Shown here: one piece after another, positions 30,823-37,673 of the stretch
Layout: every line of letters begins with the position of its first letter
Numbering within the stretch: position 1 is the stretch's first letter
Source: an uncultured Candidatus Saccharibacteria bacterium
Lineage (GTDB): Bacteria > Patescibacteriota > Minisyncoccia > Phycocordibacterales > UBA5272
Direction of reading: 5' to 3'
Length of the DNA: 64,000 nt
Assembly (NCBI GenBank): GCA_964457775.1
Contig: CAYWEW010000006.1
Coordinates: 10,805-74,804 of the forward strand
Made by a program: the position numbers and the translations under genes
The notes under the pieces: model-generated
What the model was told of the DNA's origin: nothing
Database searches by the model: none
The model's input: the letters and a program-made list of their open reading frames with translations, nothing else

Positions 30823-31365
30823 TCAAGAATTAAAAGCAAATCTCCATATTCGTTGTAGTACACTAATCCTTTTACCGTAACGTAAACCATTATCGTATTC
30901 GTAACCATGTTTAACTAATGGCAACGTACCCTCTTCAACAAGGGGAATGCACGATTCACCACCAAGTTCAATAACCCCAGGTATATCAATCCAATTACTC
31001 AAAGACTCTGTTTTAACCCAAAATCCGCGACCTGGATTAAAGTATGTATCAACACTTATCTCACTACTGTCATTGATTCTAATTGGCTTTAACAACATTA
31101 TCTCATTAATACACATAACGAATGCACTACTTCGAAGACGGTACACAATGCTGCAGTGTAGAAGTGCTCCAACTGTACAAAACGGTATGATTGCATCATA
31201 TTGTGCCCTATACTTCTGTTCACCACAGCAACCAGCGATAATGAGAGCAATTACAACCTTGTGACCCATGCTATCTTCTAGGTCGCAAGAGAAAACTGTA
31301 TTATTACCTTCACGTATTTCTGCTTTTCGTACAACGAAATCTCGGTAGATATCTTCGTGTACCAT
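30823..31365 (-). CDS. hypothetical protein (180 aa) from MVHEDIYRDF
   Basis: AAGGAGA RBS and TTGACA-N17-TAGAGT promoter. The longer ORF-track start would run through the promoter. Confidence 0.5.
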   Translation of the reverse strand: MVHEDIYRDFVVRKAEIREGNNTVFSCDLEDSMGHKVVIALIIAGCCGEQKYRAQYDAIIPFCTVGALLHCSIVYRLRSSAFVMCINEIMLLKPIRINDSSEISVDTYFNPGRGFWVKTESLSNWIDIPGVIELGGESCIPLVEEGTLPLVKHGYEYDNGLRYGKRISVLQRIWRFAFNS

Positions 31366-31431
31366 GACGAGTCTCCTTAATTTAAAGAACAAAATTACTC
31401 TATAATTTCGGGATTTGATTGTCAAGTAGTC

Positions 31432-31500
31432 GCTCCAACTGGTATGCAAGTTCAGAACGTTTGATTGGAGGAAGTATGAGAATGTGGTGAGTATATAAAA
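31432..31500. repeat. conserved promoter-upstream element, copy B
   Basis: gctccaactggtatgcaagttcagaacgtttgattggaggaagtatgagaatgtggtgagtatataaaa. Confidence 0.7.
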
Positions 31501-31541
31501 GCAAAACCCCACCTAAGCAATGATTGCTTAGGTGGAGTGAA

Positions 31542-31901
31542 TTAAACCTGATATTCTTGTAAATTAAGTAAGTCAAAAATTTTCACTCGTACAAGATTTT
31601 CAATTTGCTCAGGAGATTCGTTACCTTCAAGAACAATGATTTTCTCTTGAGTAACTCCATCTTCCAACAATAGAGCAACGTATCCTTCACGCGTCTGACC
31701 AGAAGTGAATGTCGTATATTCTCCAATGACTACAACAACATTATCTTTGCCAAATCTCTTAACACGCATTAATCCGAGTACATCAGTTGAAGCAAAATGC
31801 AGACGTTCCAAACCCCAACCACCAACTCTTCTGGAAAGAAGGTCAAATTTTTCTCGGTTTTGATCTTGAACACAAATTATCTCAAACATACTGGGTGGCA
31901 T
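31542..31901 (-). CDS. hypothetical protein (119 aa)
   Basis: GGAGG RBS. Promoter TTTACA-N17-TATAGT with an embedded palindrome. Terminator CCACCTAAGCAAT-cat-TGCTTAGGTGG downstream. Confidence 0.5.
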   Translation of the reverse strand: MPPSMFEIICVQDQNREKFDLLSRRVGGWGLERLHFASTDVLGLMRVKRFGKDNVVVVIGEYTTFTSGQTREGYVALLLEDGVTQEKIIVLEGNESPEQIENLVRVKIFDLLNLQEYQV

Positions 31902-31924
31902 ATTGCCTCCGTTATTAAAAGAAC

Positions 31925-31954
31925 AAAAACACTATACCATAGTATAGTGTTTTT
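31925..31954. promoter_or_regulatory. 12-6-12 perfect inverted repeat (candidate operator) overlapping the -10 of the 31542..31901 promoter
   Basis: AAAAACACTATA-CCATAG-TATAGTGTTTTT. The -35 (tgtaaa on the plus strand) is at 31954-31959 and the -10 at 31931-31936. Confidence 0.6.
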
Positions 31955-31965
31955 GTAAATATCAA

Positions 31966-32034
31966 GCTCCAAACAGTACACAGGTTCAGAACATTTGATT
32001 GGAAGAAGTATGAGAATACGGTAGGTATATAAAA
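31966..32034. repeat. conserved promoter-upstream element, copy C
   Basis: gctccaaacagtacacaggttcagaacatttgattggaagaagtatgagaatacggtaggtatataaaac. Confidence 0.65.
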
Positions 32035-32075
32035 CAGGAAACCGCCGAAGCAGTCCTGTTTTGCTTGGCGGTGAA

Positions 32076-32216
32076 TCACCCCATTGCGGCACGTGACTTG
32101 CCGGTGTAATAGCAACCGCTGTTGCCGCCGGTGTAGGTACGTCCATCGTGGTAGTAATCGCAGGCAACTTCGTATTCGTAGTTGCCACATCTTTGCCAAA
32201 AGGTGACGGTGCTCAT
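32076..32216 (-). CDS. 46-aa Cys/Tyr/Gly-rich peptide
   Basis: MSTVTFWQRCGNYEYEVACDYYHDGRTYTGGNSGCYYTGKSRAAMG. GGAGA RBS. Perfect TTGACA-N17-TATAAT promoter at 32248-32276. Confidence 0.45.
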   Translation of the reverse strand: MSTVTFWQRCGNYEYEVACDYYHDGRTYTGGNSGCYYTGKSRAAMG

Positions 32217-32247
32217 CAAAAATCTCCTGGTTAAAATGACAAATACC

Positions 32248-32276
32248 ATTATACATAATATAATAGTATTTGTCAA
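32248..32276 (-). promoter_or_regulatory. consensus sigma70 promoter of the 46-aa peptide unit
   Basis: Minus strand TTGACAaatactattatattatgTATAAT. Confidence 0.65.
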
Positions 32277-32282
32277 TATGGT

Positions 32283-32349
32283 GCTCCAACTGGTAAACAA
32301 GTTCAGAACTTTTGATTGGAGGAAAGTGAATGTAACTGGTATATAAAAT
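32283..32349. repeat. conserved promoter-upstream element, copy D
   Basis: gctccaactggtaaacaagttcagaacttttgattggaggaaagtgaatgtaactggtatataaaat. Confidence 0.7.
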
Positions 32350-32401
32350 AAAAAAAACACCCCGATCTATGTCGGGGTCGCTTTGTGAAGTGGAGCAGGG
32401 C

Positions 32402-32758
32402 TTACGCCGAATCTTCTTCAAACTCGAGTTCGAATTCTCGATCGCCGAGAGGGTTGTTGTAGTCCGGCATGAACCGCATTGATCGCCTAGCGTCGACTGG
32501 CGAGTAATGGATCTCATAGTCGTTATCATCGCCGTTGCGGGTCTCGTCGTAGATCAGTCGTTGGAGTTCTTCGGCTTTTGGCGTGATAATCCGCAAGCTC
32601 TTCTCTTCGCCCATTCGGCCACGCTGAACCTTCGAGATTTCATACGGCTTACCACGTTGCTTGAGGAATTCGATCATCGCCTCGCGCTCACGCTCGTAGT
32701 TGCCCACGAACACATCCAAACAGTGGGATGTCTCAACTTCGGTGCTGGTTTCGCTCAT
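32402..32758 (-). CDS. acidic hypothetical protein (118 aa), GC-enriched
   Basis: Start at MSETSTEV preceded by AAAGGAA. GC is about 50%. Terminator CCCCGA-catagat-TCGGGG followed by T8. Confidence 0.5.
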   Translation of the reverse strand: MSETSTEVETSHCLDVFVGNYEREREAMIEFLKQRGKPYEISKVQRGRMGEEKSLRIITPKAEELQRLIYDETRNGDDNDYEIHYSPVDARRSMRFMPDYNNPLGDREFELEFEEDSA

Positions 32759-32887
32759 GATACTATTCCTTTCGTATTGAACAATGAGTACCAACAACAC
32801 TAATACAGTATTATATTTTTGTCAAACAAGTTCTAAACCCTAATTGGGTAAATGAAAAACACCTTATGTAAAAGGTGCTTTTCAAGT

Positions 32888-32926
32888 GCTCCAACTGGTA
32901 AACAAGTTCAGAACTTTTGATTGGGC
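32888..32926. repeat. conserved promoter-upstream element, copy E (half-copy)
   Basis: gctccaactggtaaacaagttcagaacttttgattggg. A further degenerate fragment lies at 32821-32852. Confidence 0.55.
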
Positions 32927-33032
32927 AAAAATAAAATAACAACATTTAATTATAACCTTTACAAATTAATAAGTAGTGATAGTATAAAGAATAGTAGTTA
33001 TGTTTAATTTCATTTTTATTCGGAGATGAATA

Positions 33033-33221
33033 ATGTTTTACTTGTATAAAACTTTGTTTCGTAATGTGATTACATCTTTCCTACTTATTAATTTGCTTCT
33101 AATTGCAAATTGTAGTGGTGAGAGCGATGGACATGTTTGTGGTTGTGGTTGTGGACGATGGATACCAAAGGAACGTCCCAGTCAGTGTGATGAAAATGGG
33201 AATTATAATGGAAATTATTAA
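33033..33221 (+). CDS. small Cys-rich exported (lipoprotein-like) peptide, 62 aa
   Basis: Signal peptide with LIANC. CGCGCG cluster. GGAGA RBS. TTTACA-N16-TAGTAT promoter. Terminator AAAAAACACC-atta-GGGTGTTTTTT at 33230-33262. Confidence 0.4.
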   Translation: MFYLYKTLFRNVITSFLLINLLLIANCSGESDGHVCGCGCGRWIPKERPSQCDENGNYNGNY

Positions 33222-33419
33222 TTCATTCCAAAAAAACACCATTAGGGTGTTTTTTATTTTATCAGTTCGATGGGTGATCGTTCAGCTAGTTGGTATTTTA
33301 TTTCATAACTTCGTTATTCATAAAACACCCAACTTCTCGACTCCGAGGAAAACCAACAAAATTTTTTCTAAAAATATTTGAGCTCAATTTTTAGAAAGAA
33401 ATTGTGTAGACCGTTTTCC

Positions 33420-33468
33420 GTTCGATCCCTACGTAAAGAAGGTAATCCTTCTTTACTACCCACCGAGC
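33420..33468 (+). repeat. inverted partial copy of the tRNA-Asn 3' end (T-arm plus acceptor) interrupted by a 24-nt palindrome
   Basis: GTTCGATCCCTAC[GTAAAGAAGGTAATCCTTCTTTAC]TACCCACCGAGC against the tRNA sequence GGTTCGATCCCTACCCACCGAGC. TAC is duplicated at the insertion point. Confidence 0.7.
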
Positions 33469-33505
33469 CAAATGAAAAACACCCCGTAAGGGATGCTTTT
33501 CATTT

Positions 33506-33576
33506 GGCTCCAACTGGTAAACAAGTTCAGAACTTTTGATTGGAGGAAATATAAAGAGGTGTTGAGTATATAAAAA
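33506..33576. repeat. conserved promoter-upstream element, copy F
   Basis: gctccaactggtaaacaagttcagaacttttgattggaggaaatataaagaggtgttgagtatataaaaag. Confidence 0.7.
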
Positions 33577-33610
33577 GAAAGCCACCGAATGCGCGATGGC
33601 TTTCGGTGGT
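33577..33610 (-). terminator. intrinsic terminator (island family) downstream of the pilin gene
   Basis: AAAGCCACCGAATGCGCGATGGCTTTCGGTGG. On the minus strand the hairpin is followed by a T-run. Confidence 0.6.
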
Positions 33611-33627
33611 GTTTGTGAATTAACTGA

Positions 33628-33945
33628 TTACTTGTTTGCAGGGCATTCACTGAATTCGTAGTTGAACAGTATAGAAGTATCCAGACAGTACTCTTTTCGG
33701 GAGCCGTCTTTGTTTTCAACCTGCAGGACTGATTTGTCAAAAATATTTCGCTGAGTGGTAAGAATCTTTGAAACACTGGAATGCGAAACTTGAAGCTCGC
33801 GCAGGGCGCTATCGGTCTGAAACCAAAAGTTTCCCTGACATACTGTTTTTATTGCAAACACCCAACCAACAACGACAATGATGAAAATAATTACAAAGAC
33901 AGTCAAAAGTTCAATCAAAGTAAAACCGCGATTATGACTTTTCAT
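33628..33945 (-). CDS. type IV pilin/pseudopilin-like protein (prepilin N-terminal methylation motif)
   Basis: MKSHNRG/FTLIELLTVFVIIFIIVVVG is a class III signal with G-F-T-L-I-E. Two Cys residues lie in the C-terminal part. Confidence 0.7.
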   Translation of the reverse strand: MKSHNRGFTLIELLTVFVIIFIIVVVGWVFAIKTVCQGNFWFQTDSALRELQVSHSSVSKILTTQRNIFDKSVLQVENKDGSRKEYCLDTSILFNYEFSECPANK

Positions 33946-33981
33946 ATCTCACTCCTCAAAATAGTTAATGAACAATAGAAC

Positions 33982-34011
33982 AAAAACACTCTACCATAAT
34001 AGAGTGTTTTT
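33982..34011. promoter_or_regulatory. 12-6-12 perfect inverted repeat (candidate operator) overlapping the pilin promoter
   Basis: AAAAACACTCTA-CCATAA-TAGAGTGTTTTT. The -35 (tgtaaa) is at 34011-34016 and the -10 at 33988-33993. Compensatory changes relative to the 31925 copy preserve the dyad. Confidence 0.6.
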
Positions 34012-34023
34012 GTAAATAGCTGA

Positions 34024-34095
34024 GCTCGGTGGGTAGGGATCGAACCTACGACCAATTCGTTAACAGCGAACTGCTCTACCGCTGAGCTACCACCG
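34024..34095 (-). tRNA. tRNA-Asn (anticodon GTT)
   Basis: Minus strand: acceptor TCGGTGG/CCACCGA, D-arm GCTC-AGCGGTA-GAGC, anticodon stem GTTCG/CGAAT with loop CTGTTAA, T-arm GTAGG-TTCGATC-CCTAC, discriminator G. CCA is not encoded. Confidence 0.85.
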
Positions 34096-34285
34096 AATAT
34101 TTTATTATTTACACAATATTTTACTATAAAAGTATTCCACTCCTATTTCAAATGTATTCATAATAATACACAAAAAAGTGATTTTTTGCAAGAAGAATTT
34201 TTGTGTATAAGTTAAGCAAGATAAAATTATGAAAATAAAAATCCCTGCATTTTGCAGAGATTTTTAGTGATTATTCACACATTAA

Positions 34286-34993
34286 TTAATGTGTATGGTG
34301 CTCAAGTCTTCTAAACAGATGAGCAACGGCCATTACTGAAACAGGAATAGTAAGAATAAGCCCAACACCAAAGGCGAGAAATCCTAGAGTATTAAGAACA
34401 GCAACAATAACAAAAAATCCTAGTAGCTGCCAAAATGCACAACAAGTCAATCTGTATGCGTGTTTAATAATATCAACTATTTTCATATTCTCGTTTTCAA
34501 GTAGAACGTAAGGGTAAAACTTAAAGCGGATTGCAATATAAATAGCAGGTACGAACATTAGAGTTGTTGTAAGTAATACCATCAAAAGTTTTCCATTAAG
34601 TGCTGAAAAACCATTTAAGAACACTGAACCAATTGTTATTGACATTGCTGCAATAAATGGAATTATAAACACAGAAACTGCCGCTACATAAATAACAGTA
34701 AGAACTAAAAATTTAACAACTAGATTTGGTGAACGTAATCTGTTGAACATATCTTCAAATGAAAAGCTACCATCACGAACCATAATAAGTGACATTGATA
34801 GTAGTGATAACGCACATAGTAGTGCAGTTAATTGTTCCAAAAAGGGAACCAATCTAACCGCACTCATAATTACTGCATAAATCACAAACATACAAGCCAA
34901 AAACCACGCATGTTGTTTTGTTTTAGACCATGCGAAACTAAATATTTCTTCGAAATTAATTTGTTGTTTTGTCATATGTTTAAAGTATAACAA
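34286..34993 (-). CDS. polytopic membrane protein (DUF975-like)
   Basis: Six or more TM helices. No catalytic motif recognised. Confidence 0.5.
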   Translation of the reverse strand: MLYFKHMTKQQINFEEIFSFAWSKTKQHAWFLACMFVIYAVIMSAVRLVPFLEQLTALLCALSLLSMSLIMVRDGSFSFEDMFNRLRSPNLVVKFLVLTVIYVAAVSVFIIPFIAAMSITIGSVFLNGFSALNGKLLMVLLTTTLMFVPAIYIAIRFKFYPYVLLENENMKIVDIIKHAYRLTCCAFWQLLGFFVIVAVLNTLGFLAFGVGLILTIPVSVMAVAHLFRRLEHHTH

Positions 34994-35118
34994 AATATAA
35001 TTAAATTCAATGTAATATTTGTGTGGAAACTGTGCATAAACTTTACCTATACGAAGAGTATCTTTTTGTTATATACTATGTAGTGTAAATAACATTATTA
35101 GTATTTTCAAAAAACAAT

Positions 35119-35481
35119 ATGCATATAATAATTACTGGTGTACACATGGAAATGACAGATGCAATACGTGAGTATGCACTTGATAAAATGAGTTCACTCG
35201 ATAAGTTTGTTTCTAAGGATGACACAAGTTCAAAGCTCTCACTTGAACTTTCCAAGACTACTAACCACCATACACATGGCGCTTTCTTTCAGGCAGAAGC
35301 CCAGCTTCATATTAGTGGAAAGACTACAACATTGCGAACAACTCAAGACGATCTATATAAAGCAATTGATATTTTGAAAGACATGTTATCTCGTGAACTT
35401 GTTCAACATAAAGACAAAGAAAGATCAACATTTAGACGTGGGGCTCACAAGGTAAAAGCGTTGTTTAAGAAATTAATTTAA
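35119..35481 (+). CDS. hpf: ribosome hibernation-promoting factor / ribosome-associated inhibitor A family
   Basis: MHIIITGVHMEMTDAIREYALDKMSSLDKF aligns to the HPF N-terminus (MxLNITGhnvEiT.AlR.yv..K...L.ky). Confidence 0.75.
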   Translation: MHIIITGVHMEMTDAIREYALDKMSSLDKFVSKDDTSSKLSLELSKTTNHHTHGAFFQAEAQLHISGKTTTLRTTQDDLYKAIDILKDMLSRELVQHKDKERSTFRRGAHKVKALFKKLI

Positions 35482-35485
35482 AAAT

Positions 35486-36202
35486 ATGGAGGAAGATGTA
35501 AAATTAACATATATAACTGTAACCATACTCATACTTATTTTGGGAGGGGTAGCATATTTTCTACAGAGAAATATTTCATTACCACAGGTTCAAGTTGATT
35601 CTAATTCGACAACTACCGAAATTGTAAAAAGATTAAGTAATAATACTTCGCAAACAAAACCACTAGTTGCCACATCTACATATAATTCTACTACTACAAA
35701 TATGCAAATTCCAGAAAAAATAAATAGTGCGGTTATTACAACAAATAAAGGAGTGATTGAAATTGAATTCACAAAAGATTCACCTGAAACTGTGAAGAAC
35801 TTTGCAAAACTTGCACTTAGTCATTTTTATGATGGGACAAGATTCCATAGAGTAATAAAAGACTTCATGATACAAGGAGGAGACCCACTTTCAAAGGATG
35901 TTGCTAATAAGAATAGTTGGGGTACTGGTGGACCAGGTTATTCATTTAAAGACGAAATACACGAAGGTGATACTTTTCCACAAGGAACACTCGCAATGGC
36001 AAATTCTGGCCCATCAACTAATGGTAGTCAGTTCTTTATAGTAACTGCTATTGCTGGGACACCTTGGCTTATCGGTAAACATACTGTGTTTGGTCATATT
36101 ACAAGTGGTCTAGATGTTGCACTTAGAATTAATAATCTACAAACTGATGGCAGGGACCAACCTACACAAGATGTGATTGTTGAGAAAATTGAAATTAAGT
36201 AA
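35486..36202 (+). CDS. peptidyl-prolyl cis-trans isomerase, cyclophilin type, with an N-terminal membrane anchor
   Basis: FHRVIKDFMIQGGDP, GTLAMANSGPSTNGSQFFI and HTVFGHITSGLDV. Confidence 0.85.
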   Translation: MEEDVKLTYITVTILILILGGVAYFLQRNISLPQVQVDSNSTTTEIVKRLSNNTSQTKPLVATSTYNSTTTNMQIPEKINSAVITTNKGVIEIEFTKDSPETVKNFAKLALSHFYDGTRFHRVIKDFMIQGGDPLSKDVANKNSWGTGGPGYSFKDEIHEGDTFPQGTLAMANSGPSTNGSQFFIVTAIAGTPWLIGKHTVFGHITSGLDVALRINNLQTDGRDQPTQDVIVEKIEIK

Positions 36203-36209
36203 ATAGTTT

Positions 36210-36245
36210 TAAAGTTTAAAAAAGATAAAAGCGCGACAAATAGTC
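36210..36245. terminator. bidirectional terminator
   Basis: AAAAGCGCGAC-aaatag-TCGCGCTTTTTT. Confidence 0.7.
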
Positions 36246-36259
36246 GCGCTTTTTTGAAT

Positions 36260-36586
36260 TCATAATTTTCCAAGCATTCTATCGATAATCATTTCTCGTA
36301 TTATCCCAAACTGATCTTCTTCTGGTAAAGATTTGAATTTTTCATTTGCAAGTTCTCTTTTACTAATTTCAAATAAAAAACCATCCTGATTTACACCTAA
36401 AACATATGTCCATTCTTTTTTGAAGTCTTCAAAATCAAATATCTCTTTTCTTTCATTTGTCGCATGTATTACAATCGATCTTCTTGGTTTTGACACAACA
36501 AAAAAATTAAAGCTGTGTATGTTTTGGCCAATCAATTCTTGAATATCATGTGTATGCGGAAAACCATGAGAATACAACATCTCCAT
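36260..36586 (-). CDS. hypothetical protein (108 aa)
   Basis: An ORF lying between terminators. No recognisable domain. Confidence 0.45.
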   Translation of the reverse strand: MEMLYSHGFPHTHDIQELIGQNIHSFNFFVVSKPRRSIVIHATNERKEIFDFEDFKKEWTYVLGVNQDGFLFEISKRELANEKFKSLPEEDQFGIIREMIIDRMLGKL

Positions 36587-36778
36587 TTCATTTCTCCTTT
36601 AGTGTAACGAACTTATCGAATTACTCTAACAAAATTAGTAATTATTAGCAATTTATTCATTGTATTTGTTGCTAGTAGCTACATGTTAAAAGCTAAAAGC
36701 TGTTTACCCTGTTAAATAAAATTTGAAGACACTACTCACTTCAAATTTTAATTTTAAAACTTAAAGTTTTTAAATTAT

Positions 36779-37666
36779 TTAACAGGGTAAATATCCTCTC
36801 TTAAAACTCTCCCAATTCATTTCTTTTTTTCCTTCTGGGATTACAGAAATAATCACATCTTGTGCAGTGTCAGTTTCTTCAATTGGTGTTGTAAGGTCTA
36901 CACTTGTAATTTTGACTCTAGTTTCTTTATCATTGTGATTGATGAAAAAGTATATTCCTGGCCAAGGGGTAAGTGATCTATATTTTCTCCTTACGGTTAT
37001 TGCATCAGTTTCTAAGGATATTTCACCTAAATCCTTTGTAATTTTTTTACAAATGGTTGCAACACCATGGTTTTGCTCTTTCGGCATTAGTGAACCATTT
37101 AAATATGATGGTAGAATTTGTACAAGAAGTTCCCCACCGATTTGGCCACATTCTACTTCTAACTCTCTCGCCGTTGCCTCTCCGTTAATATCAAATGCAT
37201 TTTGAACAAGTATTGGTCCATGGTCCATTTCATTGTCTAATTTTATTATAGTCACACCTGTGGTCATATAACCATCAAGCAAAACTGATTCAATAGGGGA
37301 CGGACCTCTATACATTGGTAGTAATGATGGGTGGACATTAAGCGCTCCGTGCTTAGGAATACTTAGAATATTTTCTGGAATTATTTTTCCATATGAGGCA
37401 ACAATGAACAATTCACAATTCATAGATTTTAGTTTGAGATTAAAATCCTCATCAGTTAATTTTTCTGGTTGTAATACTTTTATACCTTTCATCTCTGCCC
37501 ATGTCTTAATATGTGGTGCTGTTAATTGCATATGGCGACCTTGCATACTATCAGGTTTTGTAACTATCACTTTTGGAACATATCCAGCACGAACAAGGGA
37601 AGCAAGTACGCTTTCAGCTAGTGGTCCTGTTCCAAAAAATGCAAAATTAATTGATTTGTTATGCAT
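36779..37666 (-). CDS. fmt: methionyl-tRNA formyltransferase
   Basis: FFGTGPLAESVL and HPSLLPMYRGPSPI. A C-terminal domain is present. It lies immediately downstream of def. Confidence 0.85.
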   Translation of the reverse strand: MHNKSINFAFFGTGPLAESVLASLVRAGYVPKVIVTKPDSMQGRHMQLTAPHIKTWAEMKGIKVLQPEKLTDEDFNLKLKSMNCELFIVASYGKIIPENILSIPKHGALNVHPSLLPMYRGPSPIESVLLDGYMTTGVTIIKLDNEMDHGPILVQNAFDINGEATARELEVECGQIGGELLVQILPSYLNGSLMPKEQNHGVATICKKITKDLGEISLETDAITVRRKYRSLTPWPGIYFFINHNDKETRVKITSVDLTTPIEETDTAQDVIISVIPEGKKEMNWESFKRGYLPC

Positions 37667-37673
37667 GTTAAAA

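Noticed and set aside
31432-31500. The 68-nt conserved element as a plus-strand promoter or a tRNA-like/ncRNA gene
   Set aside because: The TTGATT...TATATA spacing is wrong for sigma70 (more than 24 nt). No cloverleaf or known RNA motif is present. Its position is fixed relative to the minus-strand promoters, which points to a protein-binding site.
31877-32529. Long ORF-track calls 31915..32529 (204 aa), 31877..32188 and the 94-aa extension of 32076..32360
   Set aside because: They run through the conserved 68-nt element, a terminator and the consensus promoter at 32248-32276. The real gene is the short 46-aa ORF downstream of the RBS.
33391-33776. ORFs 33391..33585 and 33456..33776 (minus) and 33103..33381 (plus)
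   Set aside because: They overlap the tRNA-fragment, hairpin, conserved element and pilin terminator. They have no RBS and are spurious.
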